Shown here: positions 8,459 to 17,527 of the stretch, piece after piece | Layout of the letters: every line of letters starts with the position of its first letter | Position numbering within the stretch: position 1 is the stretch's first letter | Assembly: GCA_045863395.1 (NCBI GenBank) | Contig: BTVJ01000004.1 | Span: 64,001 to 128,000 of the forward strand | Source of the DNA: Myxococcales bacterium | GTDB taxonomy: Bacteria > Myxococcota_A > UBA9042 > JABWCM01 > BTVJ01 | Direction: 5' to 3' | DNA: 64,000 nt | Made by a program: the position numbers and the translations under genes | Notes under the pieces: model-generated | Databases searched by the model: none | The model's input: the letters and a program-made list of their open reading frames with translations, nothing else | What the model was told of the DNA's origin: nothing

Positions 8459-10141
8459 TCAGAGCGTCTCCTCCCGCCCGAACAGCGGCGCCAGGAGCAC
8501 CACGCCGGCGCAGCCGACCACGTTGTACCAGAGGAAGCCGACGTCGCTCAGGAAGAACATCGCCAGCACGAGGGCCTCGGAGAGGACCGCCGCCCAGAAG
8601 ACGCCGGCGGCGCGGACCCGCTTGAGGAAGAAGGCGGCGAGGAAGATGCCGAGGATGGTGCCGTAGAAGAGGGAGCCGAGGATGTTGACGGCCTGGATGA
8701 GGTTGTCGATGAGCGAGGCGAAGGTCGCAAACGCGATGGCGAGGAGCCCCCACCCCACGATGAAGACCTTGGAGACGCGCAGCGTGTGGGCCTCGTCGGC
8801 GTCTGGCCGGAAGGAGCGCTTGTAGAAGTCGATGGCGGTGGTGGTGCCCAGCGCCGACAGCTCGCTCGCCGTCGACGACATGGCCGCCGACAGGATCACC
8901 GCGACCAGCAGCCCCACCACCCCGATGGGGAGGAACTTCATCACGAAGCTCAGGAAGACGTAGTCCGTGTCCTTGGTCTCGGCCCCGGGCACCGCGCGGG
9001 CGATGATCGCCCTCGCCTTGGCGCGCAGCTCCACGTCCTGCGCGGAGAGCTCCCGCATGGACGCCTTCGCCGTCGCCGCCGCCTCCTCGTCACCCGCCCT
9101 GCGCGCGCCGAGCCAGGTGTCCACCGCCGCGCGCTTGACCTGGAAGATGCGCGCGTGGGCGGCCTCCACCTCCGCCAGCTCCGGCCCATGAGAGGTCGCC
9201 GCCGCCTGGGCCCGCGCGGCCTCGTTGAAGAACACCGGCGGCTCCACGAACTGGTAGAACACGAACACCATGACCCCGATGAACAGGATGAGGAACTGCA
9301 TGGGGATCTTGAGCAGCCCGTTGAACAGGAGCCCGAGGCGCGCCTGGGCGATGGAGCGCCCGGACAGGTAGCGCTGCACCTGGCTCTGGTCGGTCCCGAA
9401 GTAGGCGAGCGCGAGGAAGAGCCCCCCTGTGATCCCCGACCAGAAGGTGTAGCGGCTGTCGAGGTCCAGGCTGAAGTCGATGGCGTTCATGCGGCCGAAG
9501 GCCCCCGCCACCTGGACCGCCTCGCCGAAGGAGACGTGCTCCGGCAGGTGGAGCACCACCATGACCAGCGCCGCCACCATGCCGCCGAGCATCACCACCA
9601 TCTGGTGCTTCTGGGTCTGGCTCACCGCCTTGGTGCCGCCGGTCACCGTGTAGACGACGACCACGAGGCCGATGGCCACGTTGGTCACGTCCAGGGGCCA
9701 GCCGAGGATGGTGGAGAGGATGATCGCCGGCGCGTAGATGGTGATTCCCGCGGCCAGGCCTCGTTGAATCAGGAAGAGAAACGCAGCGAGCTGGCGGGTG
9801 CGCTTGTCGAAGCGGCTCTCCAGGAACTCGTAGGCCGTGTAGACCCGCAGCCGGAAGTAGCGGGGCACCACCACCGCGGACAGGATCACCATGGCGATGG
9901 GCAGCCCGAGGTAGAACTGGACGAAGCGCATGCCGTCGTCGTAGCCCTGCCCCGGGGTGGACAGGAAGGTGATGGCGCTCGCCTGGGTCGCCATGACGCT
10001 CAGGCCGACGGTGTACCAGGGCAGCTCGTTGTCGCCGCGCAGGTAGCCCTGCACCGTCGCCACACGGCGCGTCTTCCAGGCCCCGTAGGCGACGATGCCG
10101 AAGACCGTGCCCAGCATCACCGCCCAGTCGAGGGCGCTCAC
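8459..10141 (-). CDS. Sodium:solute symporter (SSS family)
   Basis: Motifs SVMATQASAITF, YEFLESRF, GTDQSQVQRYL and AAMSS. About 13 TM helices. Confidence 0.95.
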   Translation of the reverse strand: MSALDWAVMLGTVFGIVAYGAWKTRRVATVQGYLRGDNELPWYTVGLSVMATQASAITFLSTPGQGYDDGMRFVQFYLGLPIAMVILSAVVVPRYFRLRVYTAYEFLESRFDKRTRQLAAFLFLIQRGLAAGITIYAPAIILSTILGWPLDVTNVAIGLVVVVYTVTGGTKAVSQTQKHQMVVMLGGMVAALVMVVLHLPEHVSFGEAVQVAGAFGRMNAIDFSLDLDSRYTFWSGITGGLFLALAYFGTDQSQVQRYLSGRSIAQARLGLLFNGLLKIPMQFLILFIGVMVFVFYQFVEPPVFFNEAARAQAAATSHGPELAEVEAAHARIFQVKRAAVDTWLGARRAGDEEAAATAKASMRELSAQDVELRAKARAIIARAVPGAETKDTDYVFLSFVMKFLPIGVVGLLVAVILSAAMSSTASELSALGTTTAIDFYKRSFRPDADEAHTLRVSKVFIVGWGLLAIAFATFASLIDNLIQAVNILGSLFYGTILGIFLAAFFLKRVRAAGVFWAAVLSEALVLAMFFLSDVGFLWYNVVGCAGVVLLAPLFGREETL

Positions 10142-10281
10142 CCGAGCACCTCCGTCAGGACGGTGAACGCGACGACGAGCGCGGCGAGGGTGCCCAGCAC
10201 GACGAGGTAGATGGCGCGCCAGCTCCCGAGGACCGGGGGGGCGTCGTCCAGGTCCCGGTCTCCCGTCGGGTCAGTTCGCAT
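10138..10281 (-). CDS. 47-aa single-pass membrane protein preceding the SSS gene (not in the ORF track)
   Basis: MRTDPTGDRDLDDAPPVLGSWRAIYLVVLGTLAALVVAFTVLTEVLG. It overlaps the upstream stop and the downstream GTG start (GTGA), indicating translational coupling. Confidence 0.75.
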   Translation of the reverse strand: MRTDPTGDRDLDDAPPVLGSWRAIYLVVLGTLAALVVAFTVLTEVLG

Positions 10282-12724
10282 GGTCGATCAGGTTGGCCAT
10301 GAGCCGGAAGGCGCCCGGCACCCCCGCGGGGAGCTGGCGGAAGAAGGACAGCCCGGTGTAGACGATGCGGCCCTTGCCATGGGGCATGACCAGCAGGGAG
10401 CCCAGCTGAGGGTCCTCCCCCGGGTCCGCCATGGAGAGGACGGGGGTCCAGGCCGGGTCCCACGAGTCGGCGAAGTAGAGGCCGCGCTCCTGCACCCAGC
10501 CATCGAAGTCGGCGGCGGTGATCGCGTTCGGGCGCGTCAGGATGGGGTGATCACCCAGGAAGGTCACCGCCGCTCCCTCGTCCGTGACGCGGCCGCGCCC
10601 GACGGAGATTGGTTTGGGCCCGATGGGGGCCAGCAGATCACTCAGGTGGTTTCGCGTCGCGTACTGGACTACCAGCGTGCCGCCGCGGCTCGCCCACTCG
10701 TGGAGGCGCGGGGCCCACACCTTGATCCGCGGCGTGCTGCTGAAGGCGCGGACCCCCACCACGATGCTGCGCCACTGGCTCAGGTCGCCGGCCGTGAGCT
10801 GCGCGTCCGTCAGCTCGTCCACGGCGTAGCCCGCGTCCCGCAGCGCGTCGGCCACCTTGTCGCCGGGGCCGGGCACGTAGCCGACGCGGTCCGTGACGCG
10901 TGCCAGCGGAACCGAGACGAGCGGCACCGACGCCTCCCGGTGGATGGTCTGGATGGGGATGTGCGGGTAGTCGATGCGCGCCACCGAGACGGAGACCGGT
11001 CCGTCACCGGCATCGACGACGGCGCGAGCGCGGCCGCTCCCCTCTCCCCGCAGCGTGAACGTGACGGCCGCCTCGTCCCCCACCGCGTCCAGTGAGACGG
11101 CGTGGGACCGCGGCTCCACCGAGAACCCGGCGGGCAGCTCCAGGCGCACGGTGGCGCGCAGGCCGGGCACCGACGCCCGCACCAGGAGCCGGACGAGGCG
11201 GGGCGCGCCACTCGGCACCACCAGGGCCTCCCGGTCGAAGGCGACCGTCGCGGGCGGCGCCACCTCCAAGGCTCGGGTCCGCTCCCCCTCCACCGGATCC
11301 ACCCACGAGTACGCCAGGTCCCGGGTGAAGTGCAGGGTCTGGTCGCCCGCCCGCACGGCGAACACCACCGGCAGGGCGGGCGGCCCCACCGGCAGGCCGA
11401 GGAGCGCCGGAGGGACGCGGAACAGCGCGCCGTCCGGGGGCTCCCGCAGCCAGTAGGGCGCCGTGTAGGGGGCGCCCGGGGGAACGACGGTCTCCTCCAC
11501 CAGGGTCATGGGGAGGTTGTCCGGGAGGGGACGGTCCACCTCCACCACGCGCCCATCTGGCAGCATCGCGGAGAGCAGACGCAGCTCGACGGGCGAGCGG
11601 TTGGTGGCCTCGATGCGAACCGTGAGCGGGGCCCCCGGGACGCCCTCCACCCGGTCGGCCAGCGCCGCCAGGTAGAGGCCGCTCAGGTGGGCGATCAGCG
11701 AATCCAGGCGCGCGAGGGTCCGCTCCTTCCACGGGCCGTCGGGGAGCAGAGTGGCAGCCGCGCGGGCCGCCAGGAGCGCCGGCACCGCCCGGTGGGGCGC
11801 CCGAGGGTCGAAGGCGGCGCGAGCGTCCTCGACGGCCTTGCCCACCGCCGCCCCCCCGGCCAGCCGCCCCCACGTCAGGTCCAGCCCCTCCAGGATGTCT
11901 CCAGTCGGGCGCGTCCCCGCCAGCGGCTCGAAGTACTCGATGATCGCCCCCCGCTGCTGCGCCGCCCCGAAGCCCTGGCTCTTGTGCATGCTGCGGCTCC
12001 GCCCGGCCAGCTCCCCCCACGAGGTCCCGAGCAGGGGGCTGTAGCCGCCCACGTCGACGGAGAGCCACCGGGACTTGTCCGTCTCGGGCGTGATGGTCCA
12101 GTGGGAGACGTTGTACAGGAGCCGGTCCGCCTGCCACGGGGCCACCTGCGAAAGCTGCTCGGGGAAGCGCGCGGGATCGGCCGCCGCCGTGAACGCCTCC
12201 GCGCCCAGGATCGCCGACGCCGTGTGGTGCCCGTGGTTCGGTGACCCACCCGTCGCGAACCGCACGATGATGGCGTCGGGCTGCACGAGGCGCACGGCCC
12301 ACACCACGTCGGCGAGGACCTCCTCGTGCCCCCAGAGCGCCAGGGTCTCCTCCGCGGTCTTCGAGTAGCCGAAGTCCACGGCGCGGGTGAAGAGCTGCTC
12401 GGCGCCGTCCAGGCGGCGCGCGGCCATCAGCTCCTGCGTGCGGATCAGCCCGAACAGCGAGTCCTGCTCCTCGCCGATGAGGTTCTGCCCGCCATCGCCC
12501 CGGGTCAGGGACAGGTAGACGGTCCGCACCTTGCGCTCGTTGGCCAGGTAGGAGAGGAGCCGCGTGTTCTCGTCGTCCGGGTGGGCAGCGATGTAGAGCA
12601 CCGTGCCGACGGTGCCGAGCTTGTCCAGCTCGTGCTGGAGCCGCGCCGCGTCGGGCTGCGCCTGCGCGGCGAGGGCGACGAGGAGGGTTGCGCCGGTGAG
12701 GGCGCCTCGGAGTGCGATCATCAT
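10271..12724 (-). CDS. Secreted PIG-L/LmbE family deacetylase with Ig-like and class I GATase-like C-terminal domains
   Basis: AHPDDE, LTRGDGGQN and HGHH motifs. Signal peptide ends AAQA. C-terminal WVQERGLYF. Start inferred at ATG 12724 (track ORF extends to 12802). Confidence 0.9.
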   Translation of the reverse strand: MMIALRGALTGATLLVALAAQAQPDAARLQHELDKLGTVGTVLYIAAHPDDENTRLLSYLANERKVRTVYLSLTRGDGGQNLIGEEQDSLFGLIRTQELMAARRLDGAEQLFTRAVDFGYSKTAEETLALWGHEEVLADVVWAVRLVQPDAIIVRFATGGSPNHGHHTASAILGAEAFTAAADPARFPEQLSQVAPWQADRLLYNVSHWTITPETDKSRWLSVDVGGYSPLLGTSWGELAGRSRSMHKSQGFGAAQQRGAIIEYFEPLAGTRPTGDILEGLDLTWGRLAGGAAVGKAVEDARAAFDPRAPHRAVPALLAARAAATLLPDGPWKERTLARLDSLIAHLSGLYLAALADRVEGVPGAPLTVRIEATNRSPVELRLLSAMLPDGRVVEVDRPLPDNLPMTLVEETVVPPGAPYTAPYWLREPPDGALFRVPPALLGLPVGPPALPVVFAVRAGDQTLHFTRDLAYSWVDPVEGERTRALEVAPPATVAFDREALVVPSGAPRLVRLLVRASVPGLRATVRLELPAGFSVEPRSHAVSLDAVGDEAAVTFTLRGEGSGRARAVVDAGDGPVSVSVARIDYPHIPIQTIHREASVPLVSVPLARVTDRVGYVPGPGDKVADALRDAGYAVDELTDAQLTAGDLSQWRSIVVGVRAFSSTPRIKVWAPRLHEWASRGGTLVVQYATRNHLSDLLAPIGPKPISVGRGRVTDEGAAVTFLGDHPILTRPNAITAADFDGWVQERGLYFADSWDPAWTPVLSMADPGEDPQLGSLLVMPHGKGRIVYTGLSFFRQLPAGVPGAFRLMANLIDHAN

Positions 12725-12911
12725 CCACCTTTCTGCCGGGAGCATTCCCATGGTCACGCGAGCCCCTCCGAACACACGAGGGACGCTGTAGCATCCCGCC
12801 ATCTGGTGCCCGGAGCGACCTTTTGCCTGGAGTGCGCTTGCGGTATGTTCGCCGTCGAGCGTCCGGTCCCGTTCCGGACGTGGGTCGACTACCTACCCCG
12901 GGAGACCATCG

Positions 12912-13361
12912 ATGAAGCGAACAATCGCGCTCGTCAGCCTGGCCCTCATGCTGACTGCGTGCGACGGGACCGAGGCGAGCGGCCCAGGTGACGCGCTGGG
13001 GGCCGATACCACGGCGGGTGACGCCGACGGGGCCGGCGCGGACACCCCCGACGGGACGCCGCACGATGCCACAGGCGCCATGGCCTGCGGCCCGACCACC
13101 ACCTGTGTACCTCCCCAGGCCTGCGAGGCGCTGGGGCAGGGCACCTGCGGCGGTCCCGCCCCCGGCCCGGACGGCAAGTGCGCACCGGGCTGCTCCCCCA
13201 TGGAGTGCGGCGGGGGCACGCATTGCCTGTGCGGCACCTACAAGTGCATCGACCTGCCCCCCGGGTGCACCGGCTGCGACTGCACGTGGACGGACTGGCA
13301 CCAGTCCTGTATCTGCGACGACTCGACCGGCCTGGTCGTGCTCCAGTGCCCGGGCGCGTGA
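12912..13361 (+). CDS. Cys-rich lipoprotein
   Basis: Lipobox LTAC, Asp/Gly linker and many Cys residues. RBS GGAG. Confidence 0.75.
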   Translation: MKRTIALVSLALMLTACDGTEASGPGDALGADTTAGDADGAGADTPDGTPHDATGAMACGPTTTCVPPQACEALGQGTCGGPAPGPDGKCAPGCSPMECGGGTHCLCGTYKCIDLPPGCTGCDCTWTDWHQSCICDDSTGLVVLQCPGA

Positions 13362-13458
13362 CTCTGACTCCAGGTCGCGGACGGACCTCCTTCGTCGCCG
13401 TGAAAGCCGCCAACAGGGCTGAGCCGAGGGAAACCTCAGAGAGCCGCGCGGTCGAACC

Positions 13459-13571
13459 TGCCCGATCTGGCGTGCACCCTACGTGCCCCGGGGCACTCGC
13501 GCTTCTGGTTTTCATCAGATAACTGTATTGCAGTGCCCGATCTGGCGTGCACCCTACGTGCCCCGGGGCAC
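13459..13571. repeat. Perfect 38-bp direct repeat x2 separated by a 37-bp unique spacer (mini-CRISPR-like geometry)
   Basis: TGCCCGATCTGGCGTGCACCCTACGTGCCCCGGGGCAC at 13459-13496 and 13534-13571. It contains the 14-bp palindrome GTGCCCCGGGGCAC. Spacer TCGCGCTTCTGGTTTTCATCAGATAACTGTATTGCAG is 16/37 GC. Confidence 0.9.
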
Positions 13572-13578
13572 CCCGGGC

Positions 13579-14448
13579 TCATGGCACGAGCCACGCTTCG
13601 AGCTGCTCCCAGGTCCACCCGGTCCCCTGCACGAACATGGCCCGCGCCATGCCCGCATGGACGAAGCGCTCGTCGCCGAGATCGAAGAGATCCTCCAGGA
13701 TCGGCAGGAGGCGCCCCCGCAGCTCGGGGTCCGCCAGGCCCAGCCCCAGCACCTCGTTGAGCTGTGCCAGCTTGCGCTCCACCCGGGCTGCCTTCTCCAG
13801 GCGGGAGGCCACGACGCTCGGCCGGTCCAGGCCGCAGACGCGAATGGTCTCCGCCCCATGCTCGCTGCCCGCCAGCGGGCGGACCGCGCCGCCTCCAAGA
13901 AACTCGAGGTGCTGCGCCGGATCGTGCCGCCCGAACGGGTCGAGGAGCAGCGGGTCCTCCACGGCCTCGTCGCCGGGTGCCGGCCGGGCGGCGCGCCCAC
14001 CCGCCACCGGGAAGAGGGCATTCTTCCACGACTGGTTGCACAGACCGCACGACACCAGGTAGTTGTCCCAGGAGTAGGCGAGCCACCAGTATCCGCTGTC
14101 CCAGGTCCCGACCTTGGGCGGCTTGCCGAACGACCGCCCCGCCGTGTTGTTGAGGCTCTGACGCTCTCTCCCCGGCTTGAGCAGCGTGAAGATGGCGGTC
14201 TTCGGGCGGTAGTGCTCCACGTCCCCGTGGTCCGTCAGGAGCCGCTCGCAGTAGCCGCACTTGCGGTGCTGCCGCTCGGCGAAGTGCTCCTTGACCCCTT
14301 CCCCCCACGCCGCGTTGGCCTTCAGGAAGTCGGCCACGCCCTTCCAGTCCCCGACGGTCCCCAGCGCCTCCGCCGCCTCCCGCAGCGTCTTCACCCGCAG
14401 CTCGAAGTCCGCCCTCCCCCCGGTGGGTCGCGCGCTGAACCGCAGCAT
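13579..14448 (-). CDS. HNH endonuclease, Septu PtuB / retron-effector HNH-like
   Basis: KCGYCE...DVEHYRPK...YWWLAYSWDNYLVSCGLCN...KNALFP...LLLDP. Starts 2 bp after the ATPase stop. Confidence 0.85.
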   Translation of the reverse strand: MLRFSARPTGGRADFELRVKTLREAAEALGTVGDWKGVADFLKANAAWGEGVKEHFAERQHRKCGYCERLLTDHGDVEHYRPKTAIFTLLKPGRERQSLNNTAGRSFGKPPKVGTWDSGYWWLAYSWDNYLVSCGLCNQSWKNALFPVAGGRAARPAPGDEAVEDPLLLDPFGRHDPAQHLEFLGGGAVRPLAGSEHGAETIRVCGLDRPSVVASRLEKAARVERKLAQLNEVLGLGLADPELRGRLLPILEDLFDLGDERFVHAGMARAMFVQGTGWTWEQLEAWLVP

Positions 14449-14450
14449 GG

Positions 14451-15734
14451 TCAGGGCTCTCCGAGCAGGGAGCGCATGCGCCGCTTCAGGTCCGCACGGT
14501 CCTCCTTGGCGAGGGGCAGCTCGCTGCTGGTCTCCGCCACGAGGCGCAGGGCCAGCCTCTCCTCCGCCGTGTCACCGAAGCTCCCCAGGCGCTGGCGCAG
14601 CTCGACCTCCACGTCCCGGAGCTCAGCGCGGGTCGCGCCGCCCGCGGCCGCCTTCTGGTACTCCTCCAGACGGCGCACGGTGTCGGCGTCGAGCGTCGAC
14701 GCGAGGCCGAACCAGGGTCCGGTCAGGACCGCGTCGGCCCGGGAGCCAGGCGGAACGTCCTGCTGGCGCGCATGGATGCCGTCCGACTCCCGCGTCAGCA
14801 CATGGATCTCCCGAGGGCGCGCCCCGAGCAGGGTGAGCGGGTTGTGGGTGGTCACGACGAAGGAGAGACACGGAAAGGCCGCGCGCAGATCCTCGATGAC
14901 GCGGACCTGCCACCGGGGGTGCAGATGGAGGTCCAGCTCGTCCACCAGGACGAGCCCGGTCATCTGCTCGCGGAAGTCCCGGTCCAGGTTCACGGCCGAC
15001 TGAGTGGCTTGCGTCCTGGAGCGTGACGGCCCCCGCCTCGCGTGGGCCCAGCGCGCGATGAGGTCGCAGGTCCACCCGATGGTGGTGGCAAAGCCGTCGC
15101 TGAGGCCGTCGAACGTGGTGCGCCCGACGGCCGGCCCCTCGACGTACACGGCGTCCGACTCGGGCTCGATGCGGTCCACCCCCGGCAGGAGTCCGACCAG
15201 GGTGGCGCACACCGACTCGAAGAAGCCCTCGTCCCCCCCGCCCTTGCTTCGCAGGGCACCAAACGCGAGGTTCCGGAGCCATGTCTCGGCGTGAATCAGC
15301 CCCGGCGGCTGGTTGAACAGAGTCCCCACGGCCCCGAGAGGGTGCTCCAGGTCCACGCTGCGGCTCGGCCCCCCGAGGGCGCTCCCCCGTGCGGCCCCGT
15401 AGGCGAAGACGAGGGGAGTGAAGCCGAAGGTGCGGGTGGCGGCGCCCAACTCCAGCTCCAGATCGCCGGCCGAGGTCTGAAGTGCGACCCTCCCCGGTGG
15501 AGCCCCGAGCCGCTGGAGCCGCCCCTCCGGGTAGCGCGTCAGGTCGCTGAGCGGACTCAGCGCCACGGCCAGCGCCTTCAGGATGGTCGACTTGCCCACC
15601 CCGTTGTCGCCGAGCAGCACCGTCCACTGCCCCCGGCTCCGGGGCCGGGAGGCAAAGCGCAGGTCGAGCTGGTCGAAGCAGCGGACATTGTCGAGGTGCA
15701 GGTGCTTGAGAACCACGGGCGGTGATGCTTCCAT
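14451..15734 (-). CDS. ABC-type (AAA_21-like) ATPase, Septu PtuA-like
   Basis: Walker A GDNGVGKS, signature LSDG, Walker B/D-loop LVLVDELDLHLHP, H-switch VTTHNP. Start inferred at ATG 15734. Confidence 0.88.
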   Translation of the reverse strand: MEASPPVVLKHLHLDNVRCFDQLDLRFASRPRSRGQWTVLLGDNGVGKSTILKALAVALSPLSDLTRYPEGRLQRLGAPPGRVALQTSAGDLELELGAATRTFGFTPLVFAYGAARGSALGGPSRSVDLEHPLGAVGTLFNQPPGLIHAETWLRNLAFGALRSKGGGDEGFFESVCATLVGLLPGVDRIEPESDAVYVEGPAVGRTTFDGLSDGFATTIGWTCDLIARWAHARRGPSRSRTQATQSAVNLDRDFREQMTGLVLVDELDLHLHPRWQVRVIEDLRAAFPCLSFVVTTHNPLTLLGARPREIHVLTRESDGIHARQQDVPPGSRADAVLTGPWFGLASTLDADTVRRLEEYQKAAAGGATRAELRDVEVELRQRLGSFGDTAEERLALRLVAETSSELPLAKEDRADLKRRMRSLLGEP

Positions 15735-15742
15735 GGAGCGGC

Positions 15743-15771
15743 AGTATAGCGGGCTTGGCGGCACGGGTCAC
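15743..15771 (-). promoter_or_regulatory. Putative sigma70 promoter of the ATPase-HNH operon
   Basis: Minus strand GTGACC-N17-TATACT. The -10 box lies 8 nt upstream of ATG 15734 and there is no SD sequence. Confidence 0.55.
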
Positions 15772-15950
15772 CCGCGCACGGGGACCTCACTCCGTGGGGA
15801 CAGCGGGCCGTGGAGGTCGGCTCCTCGGTCGCCGTGGAGACCTGGCCACGCCCGATGGGTTCCGAGGCCACCGGGCGAAGCCCCCCGCCCCCGGAATGCC
15901 ACCCACCGGGTACCTGTTTGCGCTGCCACGACCCACGGAGGTTCCCCAAA

Positions 15951-17504
15951 GTGAGCTTCGCCCATGCGTTTCTGGCCGGTGACCCCGCGGCCACCGCCCT
16001 GCTGCCCGACGGCTTCCGGCGCCCCGCAGACCGGGCCGCCGCGGTGGTGGCGGCGCGACGGCCTGTCTCTGCGGCCCTCATCCGGGCGCTCGAGGGGCAG
16101 ATGGACGCCTGGGGGGCTCGCCCGGCCCAGCGCAACGCCTTGCGCGCCCTGGAGGGCGGGGCCGTCGCCGTCGTGACCGGGCAGCAGGTGGGGCTCCACC
16201 TCGGGCCCCTCTACACGATTCACAAGGCGGCAGCGGCGGTGGTGACCGCCCGTGCGCTCGCGGAGGAGACAGGACAGCCCTGCGTGGCCGTGTTCTGGCT
16301 CCAGACGGAGGACCACGACCTGGCGGAGATCCGCGGGGTGGGCCTGCCCGGCGCTACACTGAGCGTCGCCGACGACGGGCGGGACGGCGTCTCCGTGTGG
16401 CACCGCGTGCTGGGCCCCGACGTGGAGACCCTCCCGCTCGCCGAGCACCTCGGGCACGCGCCCCACGCCGCCGAGGTCGTCGCCTGGCTCGGGCGCCACT
16501 ACCGTGCCGGAAGGGCCTGGCACACGGCGTTCGCAGGGGCGCTGTGCGAGCTGCTGGGCGACGCGGGGCTCCTGTTGCTCGACCCCCGGGATCCGGCCAT
16601 CGCGGCGCTGAGTGCTCCGATCCTGCGGGCGTCCCTCACCGCGGATCTCGGCGCCCTCGCCGAGCGGGGGGAAGCGCTACGGGCGGCTGGCTTCTCGGAG
16701 CAGGTGCACGTGCGGCAAGGCTCTCCGCTGGCGTTCTTCCACCCCCACGGCGCGGATGGGCCGCGCGCGCGCCTCGCACCGCACGGCGACGGCTGGCGGG
16801 TCGCGGGCACCGGACAGACGGTGTCCACCGCCGCGATCCTGCACGCGGCCGATCGGGATCCCCGCGTGCTGAGCACCTCCGCGCTGCTGCGCCCCCTGGT
16901 GCAGGACACGCTCCTGCCGACCGCCATGACCCTCGGGGGGCCCGGTGAGATCGCGTACATGGCGCAGCTCCCGCCACTCTACGAGCGCCTCGGCCTGCCC
17001 ATGCCGCTGATTGGGCCCCGCGCCAGCCTGCGACTCGTGGATGCGCGGTCCCGGTCGCGCCTCGACGCGCTGGAGCTGTCCATCGCGGACCTGGCGCGCC
17101 CCCGGGAGGCGCTCCTCGCCACCCTCGCCGAGCGCCGGGGGGCGCCGCACATCCCGGACCTGCACGCCGCGCTGCGCACGGACGTCGATGCTCTGCTCAC
17201 GCGCTTCGCCAGCCAGGCGGCGCCCCCAGCCGACGCCCTGGACAAGACCCGCCGCTCGGTGCACCACGCCCTGCTGCGCCTCGTGGAGCGCACCGCCTCG
17301 GCGCTGGCCACCCGCGACGCCGTGACCGCGGGGCGCCTCGACAGGCTGCTTGGGGTGATGCACCCTGGGGGCGCGCCCCAGGAGCGGACCCTCGGCGTGG
17401 CGTGGGCGGCGGCGCGGGTGGGCCTCGCTGCGCTCGCGTCGAAGATCCTGGCCGCCTGCGTCCCCTTCGAGGGCGCCACCCGCGACGTGGAGCTGGAGCG
17501 CTGA
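15951..17504 (+). CDS. bshC: Bacillithiol biosynthesis cysteine-adding enzyme BshC
   Basis: VVTGQQVG..GPLYTIHKA, VFWLQTEDHD, SALLRPLVQD..LPT...GGPGEIAY, PQER. GTG start after GGAGG. Adjacent to bshA. Confidence 0.92.
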   Translation: MSFAHAFLAGDPAATALLPDGFRRPADRAAAVVAARRPVSAALIRALEGQMDAWGARPAQRNALRALEGGAVAVVTGQQVGLHLGPLYTIHKAAAAVVTARALAEETGQPCVAVFWLQTEDHDLAEIRGVGLPGATLSVADDGRDGVSVWHRVLGPDVETLPLAEHLGHAPHAAEVVAWLGRHYRAGRAWHTAFAGALCELLGDAGLLLLDPRDPAIAALSAPILRASLTADLGALAERGEALRAAGFSEQVHVRQGSPLAFFHPHGADGPRARLAPHGDGWRVAGTGQTVSTAAILHAADRDPRVLSTSALLRPLVQDTLLPTAMTLGGPGEIAYMAQLPPLYERLGLPMPLIGPRASLRLVDARSRSRLDALELSIADLARPREALLATLAERRGAPHIPDLHAALRTDVDALLTRFASQAAPPADALDKTRRSVHHALLRLVERTASALATRDAVTAGRLDRLLGVMHPGGAPQERTLGVAWAAARVGLAALASKILAACVPFEGATRDVELER

Positions 17505-17527
17505 CCCCTGCCGTTGGAGTCCCCCGC

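Noticed and set aside
13497..13533. CTGATGA on the minus strand of the spacer, suggesting a hammerhead ribozyme or C/D box
   Set aside because: I could not build stem II followed by GAAA and stems I/III around it.
13459..13571. Calling the repeat-spacer-repeat a bona fide CRISPR array
   Set aside because: Only two repeats, no cas genes in the window, no recognisable AT-rich leader and no GAAA(C/G)-type repeat end. Kept as a repeat and as a finding.
13579..15734. Retron (Ec78/Ec83-type) call for the ATPase-HNH pair
   Set aside because: No reverse transcriptase (no YADD-type motif) is encoded nearby in the window.
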